NCBI GenBank assembly: GCA_035496795.1
Contig: DATJEJ010000022.1
Span: forward strand, 1 to 32,449
Direction: 5' to 3'
Length of the DNA: 32,449 nucleotides
Source of the DNA: Candidatus Omnitrophota bacterium
GTDB taxonomy: Bacteria > Eisenbacteria > RBG-16-71-46 > SZUA-252
This document shows positions 1 through 7,086 of the stretch, piece after piece. Both the position numbers and the translations under genes were made by a program. Below the pieces are notes generated by a model. It was not told the DNA's origin and made no database searches. It worked only from the letters and a program-made list of their open reading frames with translations. Positions within the stretch are counted from its first letter, which is position 1. Each line of letters opens with the position of its first letter.

Positions 1-7
1 GATCCGG

Positions 8-1168
8 ATGGAGCGGCGCGACCAGCTGCTCGCGCTGTTCACCATGGGCACGGGCGAGATCCTGCTCGGCCTGGACCTCGGGGGCTTGGTGACCTACGCG
101 AACGCGGCCGCGGAGCAGGCCCTCGGGGCCTCCCCGGGAGGCCTCACGGGCCGCCCGCTGGAATCGATGGCCATGCTGGGGGCCGGCGAGGAGCCGTTCG
201 GGCTGGTCGGCGCGCTGGACGGGGAGCGCGAATTCTCGGGGGAGGTCTGCTTCGTGCGCGCCGACGGGTCCCGCTTCCCCGCCGAGGTGCGCCTCTCCCC
301 CGCCGTGGACCGGCAGGGCAAGCTGAGCGCCCTCGTCCTCCTGGGCCACGACGTGACCGAGCGCCGGGAGCGTGAGGCGGATCTCGAGAACCGCACGCGC
401 GAGCTCGCGCTCCTGAACGAGCAGCTCCAGCGCGCGGTCGCCGAGCTGGAGGAGGCGCGCCAGGCCCAGAGCGAGTTCGTCGCCAACACCTCGCACGAGC
501 TGCGGACGCCGCTCAACGCCGTCATCGGCTTCGCGAGCCTGATCGAGCAGGGCAACCACGAGTCGGAGGAGGAGGCCCGCGACTTCGCGCAGCGGATCCG
601 CACGAGCGCCGAGCACCTTCTCGGACTCCTGAACGACATCCTGGACCTGGCGAAGGTCGAGGCGGGGCGCTTCCAGCTCTCCATGACCGATGGAGACGTG
701 CGCGGCCCGGTCCGGGAAGCGCTCGACGCCGTCGCCTCGCTCGCGGCGAGCCGGGGGCTCGCGATCGCCGCGGAGCTTCCCGAGGGCCCGCTCCCCGCCC
801 GGCTGGACCCGGTCCGGGCGCGGCAGGTCCTGCTGAACCTGCTTGGGAACGCCCTCAAGTACACCGATAAGGGAGGGGTGCGGGTCCGCGCCTGGAGGGA
901 GCCCGCCACGGGCGAGGCCAAGGTCGAGATCGTGGACACGGGCATCGGAATCTCCAAGGAAGGGCAGCGCCGGCTCTTCACGAAATTCGGCCGGGTGGAT
1001 CTCACCTACGCCGGACGGCGTTCGGGAACCGGACTCGGGCTCGCGATCTCGCGGGCGCTGGTCCAGGGGATGGGCGGAAGCATCACCGTCGAGAGCGACG
1101 GCCCGGAGCAGGGCACGCGCGCGACGGTCTCGTTCGCGGCGCCGGCTTCGGAGCCGGCGCTCCGGTAG
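8..1168 (+). CDS. Sensor histidine kinase (PAS + HisKA + HATPase_c), no obvious TM segment. The N-terminus may continue upstream of the window.
   Basis: 386-aa ORF. H-box SHELRTPLNAV, N-box NLLGNALKYT, G1 DTGIGI, G2 GTGLGLAIS. PAS-like N-terminal segment (LVTYANAAAEQALG ... GHDVTERRE) followed by a coiled linker. No in-frame stop between base 2 and the ATG at 8. Confidence 0.9.
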   Translation: MERRDQLLALFTMGTGEILLGLDLGGLVTYANAAAEQALGASPGGLTGRPLESMAMLGAGEEPFGLVGALDGEREFSGEVCFVRADGSRFPAEVRLSPAVDRQGKLSALVLLGHDVTERREREADLENRTRELALLNEQLQRAVAELEEARQAQSEFVANTSHELRTPLNAVIGFASLIEQGNHESEEEARDFAQRIRTSAEHLLGLLNDILDLAKVEAGRFQLSMTDGDVRGPVREALDAVASLAASRGLAIAAELPEGPLPARLDPVRARQVLLNLLGNALKYTDKGGVRVRAWREPATGEAKVEIVDTGIGISKEGQRRLFTKFGRVDLTYAGRRSGTGLGLAISRALVQGMGGSITVESDGPEQGTRATVSFAAPASEPALR

Positions 1169-1188
1169 TCCGCCAGGAGGAGGGTGCC

Positions 1189-1617
1189 GTGCCGGGGCGA
1201 ATCCTGGTCGTCGAGGACGACCCGATGAACGCCAAGCTGTTCCAGCTGATCCTGGCGCGCAAGGCGGGGTTGACGGTCGAGGTGACCGAAGACCCGGCGC
1301 TGGTGCTGGAGCGCGCCCGCTCCGGCGACATCGACGTGATCATCATGGACGTCTCGCTCTCGAACAGCGAGTGGGACGGAACGCCGGTCGACGGACTGGA
1401 GATCTCGCGGCGGCTCAAGCGGGATCCCGTGGCCGGCCGGATCCCGATCCTCCTCGCGACCGCCCATGCCATGAAGGGCTCACGCGAGAACTTCCTGCGC
1501 GCCTCGGGCGCGGACGACTACATCTCCAAGCCGATCGTGAGCGCCGATGAGCTGGTCGCGCGCATCGAAGCCCTGATCGAGAAGAGGAACCATGCCTTTC
1601 CGCCTCCTCCTCGTTGA
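1189..1617 (+). CDS. Single-domain response regulator (receiver only)
   Basis: GTG at 1189 preceded by AGGAGGAGGG (1175-1184). Receiver motifs ILVVEDD, phospho-acceptor Asp in IIMDVS, conserved Lys in ISKP. No output domain. Confidence 0.85.
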   Translation: MPGRILVVEDDPMNAKLFQLILARKAGLTVEVTEDPALVLERARSGDIDVIIMDVSLSNSEWDGTPVDGLEISRRLKRDPVAGRIPILLATAHAMKGSRENFLRASGADDYISKPIVSADELVARIEALIEKRNHAFPPPPR

Positions 1618-2392
1618 CGACGAAGCGCACAACCGGAAGCTCCTCCGGATGGTGCTCCGCAAGGGCGAGTACGAATTCGTCGAGGCGGAGGACGGGGGCA
1701 AGGCGCTCGACATCCTGGCGAAGGAGACGATCGATCTCGTCCTGCTCGACCTGATGATGCCGAACCCCAACGGCTTCGACGTGCTCCACGCGATGCGGGC
1801 CAACGACCGGCACCGCGACATCCCGATCATCGTCGCGAGCGCCTCGACCGCGCCCGACGACGTGGAGCGCAGCCTGAGCATGGGGGCGGTGGACTACTTC
1901 ATGAAGCCGCTCACCGAGTGGGACATCCGCTTCCAGCTCCCGATCAAGGTGCGGAACGCGATCGCGCTCCACCGGGCCAGCGACGAGCGGCTCAAGGCGG
2001 AGCGGATGAAGGCGGTCTCGGCGATGGCGGTGGCGCTGAACCACGAGATCAACAACCCCTTACAGGTGATTCAGGGGAACGCGCAGCTCCTGTACGTGCA
2101 CCCGGGGATCCCGCCGGAGGCCCGGGAGAAGGTACAGCGGATCCGCCAGGCCACGGAGACGATCGCGGGGCTCACCCACCGCGTGGCGGCGCTGCGCGAC
2201 ATCGTGACGGTGGACTATCCGGCGGGAAACCGGACCACGGTTCCGATGGTGAGCTTCAAGGCCTCGACGACGACCCGCGAGACGGGAGCCAACGGAGCGG
2301 AGAAGGACGGAAGCGCGGCGGACGGCGGAGCGGACGGAGGCGGCGCCTCCGAATCGAACGACGCGCCCCCTCAGATCCCTAGGGCGGGGTAG
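1592..2392 (+). CDS. Response-regulator receiver fused to a HisKA/DHp-like H-box domain, without an ATP-binding (CA) domain. Gly/Asp/Ala-rich tail.
   Basis: ATG 1592 preceded by AGAGGA (1583-1588). Overlaps the upstream gene by 26 nt. REC motifs LLLVDDE, LLDLMMP, FMKP. H-box NHEINNPLQVIQGNAQLL (His codon 2042-2044). No N/G1/G2 boxes before the stop. Confidence 0.8.
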   Translation: MPFRLLLVDDEAHNRKLLRMVLRKGEYEFVEAEDGGKALDILAKETIDLVLLDLMMPNPNGFDVLHAMRANDRHRDIPIIVASASTAPDDVERSLSMGAVDYFMKPLTEWDIRFQLPIKVRNAIALHRASDERLKAERMKAVSAMAVALNHEINNPLQVIQGNAQLLYVHPGIPPEAREKVQRIRQATETIAGLTHRVAALRDIVTVDYPAGNRTTVPMVSFKASTTTRETGANGAEKDGSAADGGADGGGASESNDAPPQIPRAG

Positions 2393-3012
2393 AGCCAGTT
2401 CAGGATCAGGAAGTTGAGGCGGCCGAGCAGGAGCGCGATCCGGCCCATCACGGTGAATCCGAACGCCGCGCCGAACGAGATCATCAGGAACCAGATCCCC
2501 AGCCGCGCGATCCGCGACGTCACCGCGTTCTGCTCCTTCGAGAAGAAGAAGTAGGTCAGCGTGCTGTAGACCCCCACGATGAAGACGAACGACACGAGCA
2601 GCGTGTTCGCGTTCAACGGCCAGAGCGGCTGGATCGTCCGGGCCAGCTGCGGCAGCACCTCGCCGTGGATGCGCCGCGTGAACTCGACGCCGATGTAGTA
2701 GGCCACGTAGATCGCGAGCGCGTAGCGCGACACCCACCCGATCCGCGGCACGTAGCGCATGTAGAGCAGGAGCCCGATCCCCCCCGCCACGAGCAGATCC
2801 CAGTTCGCCGCGAAATCGGCCTTCAGGGGGTCGTACAGATTCGGCACCAGGGTCTGGTTCAGCACGATGCCGATGTAGTAGCCGAGCGAGACCCCCGCGA
2901 AGAGGCTCTCCGCGAAACGGAAGAAGGGATTGTCCTTGTAGAGGAACGAGAACGCGAAGAGCGTGAGGAGCGCCGAGATCCAGATCCCGATTCCGGGGAA
3001 GGTCGCGCTCAC
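2371..3012 (-). CDS. Polytopic integral membrane protein, unknown family (last gene of the four-gene membrane module)
   Basis: 213-aa ORF. GTG 3012 preceded by AAGGAG. About six hydrophobic helices (GIWISALLTLFAFSFL, GVSLGYYIGIVL, LLVAGGIGLLLY, ALAIYVAYYIGV, LLVSFVFIVGVY, LGIWFLMISFGAAFGF). No catalytic motif recognised. Confidence 0.7.
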   Translation of the reverse strand: MSATFPGIGIWISALLTLFAFSFLYKDNPFFRFAESLFAGVSLGYYIGIVLNQTLVPNLYDPLKADFAANWDLLVAGGIGLLLYMRYVPRIGWVSRYALAIYVAYYIGVEFTRRIHGEVLPQLARTIQPLWPLNANTLLVSFVFIVGVYSTLTYFFFSKEQNAVTSRIARLGIWFLMISFGAAFGFTVMGRIALLLGRLNFLILNWLYPALGI

Positions 3013-3046
3013 GCCCGAGTCTCCTTCGATCCGCCGACCGTTCGGC

Positions 3047-3925
3047 TCATAGGGCCTTGCGCTCCTTCCCGCGCGTGACCAGGAACGCCACGTTCCCCAG
3101 GAAGATGAACATCAAGATCACGGTGTGGAGCACGGTCTGCCCGTCCATCCCCTTCGTGGCCGTGAAGTACTTGGTCTCGTGGTAGTAGCGGTTCAGCGAC
3201 GGGTACTTCGCCATGAGGAGCTTCTCGTACTCCGCCGCCCCCTTCATGCCGCCGAGCATGCCCTCGAGCTGCCCCGCGTTCAGGTAGGCGTAGTACTTGG
3301 GCGCGCTCACGGCGGTCGGCCCGATGATGATCGGCGTGCCGAACTGGGCGTGGACCTGCGTGATCCAGTATTCCCCGATGACGCCCGTGGCCACCGTGAA
3401 GACCAGCGCGACGTGATGAATGTCGTGAATCCCCTTCATGATCGGGAACTCCGAGATCTTGCGCCCGTTCACGTCGGTCGGGAACGCGTCAGCGATGTTG
3501 TCGCCCAGGCGCCGCATCACCGCGGCCGCGCCGTCCTTGTAGCCGAGATTGATGTAGTCGACCCCGTACCGGAGTCCCGGCGTCTCGGCCACGATGCGCG
3601 CGACCGAGTTGTTCGCGAGCCCCAGCCCGCCGAGCGGATAGAAGGCGCACACGATGACGCGCAGCTTTCTGAGGAAGCACTGGCGCAGGAACGCCTCCGC
3701 CATGGGGTCGTTCTCGGGCGCCGACGAGGGGCCGTAGTCGTAGGAGATCCAGACCACGTCGCCGGGCTTCAGCCGCTCGATGAACTCGAACGCCTTGCGG
3801 GTGGAGGCGGTGGTGGTGACCGGCAGCCCGATCGGCACGACGATCGGGGTGATGAGGCTCACCAGCACGAAGAGATAGATCCACCGGCGGTCGAGGGCCA
3901 GCATCCAGCGGAAGAAGCGCTGCAT
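3047..3925 (-). CDS. Membrane protein with TM - ~230-aa soluble domain - TM architecture, unknown family
   Basis: 292-aa ORF. ATG 3925 (alternative ATG 3904). N-terminal helix IYLFVLVSLITPIVVPIGL and C-terminal helix VLHTVILMFIFLGNVAFLV flank a non-hydrophobic domain. 14 nt downstream of the preceding gene. Confidence 0.7.
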   Translation of the reverse strand: MQRFFRWMLALDRRWIYLFVLVSLITPIVVPIGLPVTTTASTRKAFEFIERLKPGDVVWISYDYGPSSAPENDPMAEAFLRQCFLRKLRVIVCAFYPLGGLGLANNSVARIVAETPGLRYGVDYINLGYKDGAAAVMRRLGDNIADAFPTDVNGRKISEFPIMKGIHDIHHVALVFTVATGVIGEYWITQVHAQFGTPIIIGPTAVSAPKYYAYLNAGQLEGMLGGMKGAAEYEKLLMAKYPSLNRYYHETKYFTATKGMDGQTVLHTVILMFIFLGNVAFLVTRGKERKAL

Positions 3926-3939
3926 CTAGCGGACCCCGC

Positions 3940-4743
3940 TCACGATTCGCTGCTCCCCAGACCGAGATAGCCGCGCTCGATCCCGAGGATGACGCGGACC
4001 GCCATCGAGGCGGCGCCGAGCGCGGCGCCGATGATGATCCCCGACTGCGCGGCGCCGTTGGGCGTGTCCATGATCCATTCCGTGAGCCGCCCGAGGGCCT
4101 GGCTGGCCGAGGCGGCGGCGGGCTGGAGCGGCGGGAACGGAACCGCGAGGAACTCGAGCAGCGGCACGCGCCCCGCCATCACGAGCCCCGCCGCGAACAG
4201 GAGAATGGTCGCCTCCGTGTTCCGCGCGCGGAACGCGCGGAACGCGGCCGAGGCCATGAAGAAGGCCAGCAGCGAGAAGATCGTCGACTGGAGCGGCTGG
4301 AAGAACCGGTCCTCCATCCATTTGAACGGCGTGGACGAGCCGTCCGGGGCGAAGCCGATCCCCTGGCCCGAGACCGCCCCCCAGATGGAGAAGGAGCCCA
4401 TGACGAAGAGCCCGGTCAGGAGCACGGCCGAGAAGAACCACCCCGCCTCGCGGCGCGCCACCTTCCGGCTGCTGTTCTGGATCACGTTCACGATGCCGAG
4501 GAGGAGCGCGAAGCCGGCCACGATGATGAGCCACTGATCCAGGCGGGGGCTCATCCCCGTCTCGCCCGAGAGGAAGTTCTTGGGTACGTAGAGCGACAGG
4601 ATCGGGACGATCCCGGCGATGAACGCGACGATGAGAGGAATGCGGCTCCGCATCGCCGGGCTCCCCAGCCCCAGCGCGATGCCGATCGCGGGAAGCACGA
4701 AGAAGCAGAGAACCAGCGCGACGCGTCCGAACTCGAGGTTCAC
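3940..4743 (-). CDS. Polytopic integral membrane protein, unknown family
   Basis: 267-aa ORF. GTG 4743 preceded by GGAGGAGA. Multiple hydrophobic helices (VALVLCFFVLPAIGIALGL, LIVAFIAGIVPILSLYV, LIIVAGFALLLGIV, FFSAVLLTGLFVMGSF, IFSLLAFFMASAAF, ILLFAAGLVMAG, GIIIGAALGAASMAV). Confidence 0.7.
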   Translation of the reverse strand: MNLEFGRVALVLCFFVLPAIGIALGLGSPAMRSRIPLIVAFIAGIVPILSLYVPKNFLSGETGMSPRLDQWLIIVAGFALLLGIVNVIQNSSRKVARREAGWFFSAVLLTGLFVMGSFSIWGAVSGQGIGFAPDGSSTPFKWMEDRFFQPLQSTIFSLLAFFMASAAFRAFRARNTEATILLFAAGLVMAGRVPLLEFLAVPFPPLQPAAASASQALGRLTEWIMDTPNGAAQSGIIIGAALGAASMAVRVILGIERGYLGLGSSES

Positions 4744-4774
4744 GCTGCGGTCTCCTCCGGGCGCGCGGCCGTTC

Positions 4775-5995
4775 TCATTGGGTCTGGAGAAGCTTCGCGA
4801 CCCACATGCTGCCGAACGTGGCGAAAGCGATTCCCGCCAGGCCGACCACGATGCAGAGCGCCTTGTAGATGTCCTGCCCCCGGATCGAGCCCAGGAGCAC
4901 CGGTTCGCGCGAGAGATAGGCGCTGGCGGCGTACAGCTCCTCGCCGATCAGCGTGTAGTCGCAGGTCGCGACGAAGAAGGGGAGCTGGGTGGGATCGGCC
5001 TGTCCCGCGATCTGGATCGCGCCGACCGACTGCCCCGTCTCGGCCAGGATCAGCGACTCCGCGAAGAAGTACCCGACCAGGAAGATCGTGGCCGGCCGCT
5101 CGCGCACCATGCGCGCCGAGACCGCGGCGGTGAAGGCGAACTGGTCGTACGTCACGTAGTTCACCATCTCCTCGCGATAGAGGTCGGGACGCCCCTCGGC
5201 GAGATAGGCGCCGCGCACCGTCTCGCGCGCGGAAGCGAACGTGAGCGGATCCTTGTTCGCGACGTCGAGGTCGGTGCCGTAGCGCGCGGTGGCGCGCGCG
5301 ACGTGGCCCAGGATCGACATCGAGGCCACCGTCTGGATGTCGTCCATGCTCTGGATGCCCGGGATGTAGAGCACCTTCTTCCCCGTCTCGGTCGCGCGGC
5401 CGATCGCCTCGTCCACGGCGTTCAGTCCGGCGATGCGCCGGATGAAGATCGGCTTGCCGGAGTGGGCCATCTGGATCGAGCCGAGGAGAGCGACGAGGAA
5501 GATGAGCGTGGCGATGAGGGAGTTGGTGCGGTCCTTCCGGAACCAGTTGTCGTGCGCCGAGGCCGGCTCGCTCACGACGGCGGTCCCCGCCGCGGCGGTC
5601 GGGGCGGCGGCGGCCGCGCGGGTCGTATCGGCCGGCGCGGCCGGCGCGCGGGCGCGAAGCTCGTACCGATACGTATGCTTCTCCGCCGCGCTCGCGTCCG
5701 TGTACGTCTGCGTCCCGAGCGGCACCTCGGCGAGCGCCTTCCACTCGAACGCCGGCGCCTCCGCGCGCCGGATCTCGATCAACGATCCCGCGGGAAGCGC
5801 CGCGCTGTCGGGATCGGTCCAGGTGAGAAGGATCGAGCCGCCGGAATCGCCGGGTTTGTCCTGGGCGACGAAGTTCGTGGGAGCGGGGAGTGCCTGGGTC
5901 GGGACGGGGGGCGACGGCGGCGCGGCACCCTGGGCCGATACCGCCGAGGGCGTGAACAGGACGGCCAGGAGGATCCAACCTACGGCCCATCGCAC
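4775..5995 (-). CDS. Secreted/anchored protein: signal peptide + FN3-like domain + Ala/Pro linker + TM + ~200-aa domain + C-terminal TM. Unknown family.
   Basis: 406-aa ORF with GTG start at 5995. Signal peptide MRWAVGWILLAVLFTPSAVSAQG. FN3-like stretch PTNFVAQDKPGDSGGSILLTWTD...YTD...YRYELRA. Helices LIATLIFLVALLGSI and ALCIVVGLAGIAFATFG. Confidence 0.7.
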   Translation of the reverse strand: MRWAVGWILLAVLFTPSAVSAQGAAPPSPPVPTQALPAPTNFVAQDKPGDSGGSILLTWTDPDSAALPAGSLIEIRRAEAPAFEWKALAEVPLGTQTYTDASAAEKHTYRYELRARAPAAPADTTRAAAAAPTAAAGTAVVSEPASAHDNWFRKDRTNSLIATLIFLVALLGSIQMAHSGKPIFIRRIAGLNAVDEAIGRATETGKKVLYIPGIQSMDDIQTVASMSILGHVARATARYGTDLDVANKDPLTFASARETVRGAYLAEGRPDLYREEMVNYVTYDQFAFTAAVSARMVRERPATIFLVGYFFAESLILAETGQSVGAIQIAGQADPTQLPFFVATCDYTLIGEELYAASAYLSREPVLLGSIRGQDIYKALCIVVGLAGIAFATFGSMWVAKLLQTQ

Positions 5996-6027
5996 GGGCG
6001 CAGCCTATCGGCGCGCCGCGCGGGGTG

Positions 6028-7086
6028 TCAACGTACTTTTCGCCCCCGGATCCGCATGATCGGCCACACGTAGACGGAGAGGACCGGCCAGCGGGTGCAG
6101 AAGAACCGTAGAACGTCCTTCACCCACTGCCGCGGGTGCGTCTCGATCTTCCGGGAGAAGAAGGCGGGAAGAAGCTCCGGTTCCAGCCCGGCCTCCCTGA
6201 ACTTCCCCTTCATCCAGAAGGGATTCAGCTCGCGCTCGGGGTACTGGCCGTCGCGCGGGTCGCGATAGCGAAAATCCGGGCGGCGCCGGACGGCGCCCGT
6301 CTCGAGCAGCTCGCGCGTCCCCTCGATCACGTCGGCGCCCACCAGGCCCCGCGTCGCGCGGGTCGCCTCGAAGAGCTGGTTGCGCGCGAGCGAGGGGAAG
6401 TGTTCGCCGATCAGGGCGCGGCGCGCCGCGAAGTAGGGGCCGTTCGGCTCCGCTTCCATGTCGCGCCATCCGCGCCGGCGGCGTCCCCGCGCCGGCAGGT
6501 AGAGGGAGTTGTTCTCGTCGCTCAGGAAGAAGATGCCCCCCGGCCGAAGCAGCCGGTTGGCTTCACGCAGAAATCCCTCGAGGTCGCGGACGTGGGAGAT
6601 GACGCAGTTGGCCATGACCCCGTCGAACGACGCCGAAGGAAGCTCCATCGCGATCCCGTCCCCGTACCGCGATTCGAAGTGCTCGGGCGAGAGCGGCGGA
6701 TCCACCGCCTGCGCCAGGTAGGTCCCCACGGCGACCATGTCGCGGTCGATCTCGGTGGCGAGCACGCGCCGGGCACCGTAGATCGCGACGAGGAGCGCCT
6801 CGATGCCGAATCCCGCCCCCAGGTCGAGCACGTCCTTTCCCTCGGCTTCCAGGTAGTCGAACATCGCGCGCCCCTTCTGGAGGACGTGCTCGATGCGCGC
6901 CGGATTCCGGAGGATGTTCAGGTGCTTGTAGTAGACGAGGAAGTACTCGGGGAGCTTCTCGCGCAGCGCGGCGTCGCTCTGCATGAGGATCGCGCGGAGC
7001 GAGGCGAGACGGCGGGCGACGGTTCCGCTCGCGGGCCCGTGCGCCGCCGGCGAGGCGGGCCCGCGCGCGGTCGCTTCGGGGGTCAC
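6028..7086 (-). CDS. Class I SAM-dependent methyltransferase with a ~150-aa C-terminal extension
   Basis: Motif I VLDLGAGFGIEAL, then DGVMANCVISHV and LLRPGGIFFLSD. Start taken as GTG 7086, which forms a GTGA overlap with the upstream stop at 7083-7085. Alternative ATG at 6984. The 456-aa track ORF extending to 7398 overlaps the activator gene and was trimmed. Confidence 0.75.
   Translation of the reverse strand: MTPEATARGPASPAAHGPASGTVARRLASLRAILMQSDAALREKLPEYFLVYYKHLNILRNPARIEHVLQKGRAMFDYLEAEGKDVLDLGAGFGIEALLVAIYGARRVLATEIDRDMVAVGTYLAQAVDPPLSPEHFESRYGDGIAMELPSASFDGVMANCVISHVRDLEGFLREANRLLRPGGIFFLSDENNSLYLPARGRRRRGWRDMEAEPNGPYFAARRALIGEHFPSLARNQLFEATRATRGLVGADVIEGTRELLETGAVRRRPDFRYRDPRDGQYPERELNPFWMKGKFREAGLEPELLPAFFSRKIETHPRQWVKDVLRFFCTRWPVLSVYVWPIMRIRGRKVR

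Noticed and set aside
1-6. The window begins with GATCCG, which could be half of a BamHI/Sau3AI cloning junction. The ~32 kb length is fosmid-like.
   Set aside because: GATC occurs many times in the sequence and the other end of the window has no such site. This cannot be distinguished from chance and has no biological meaning.
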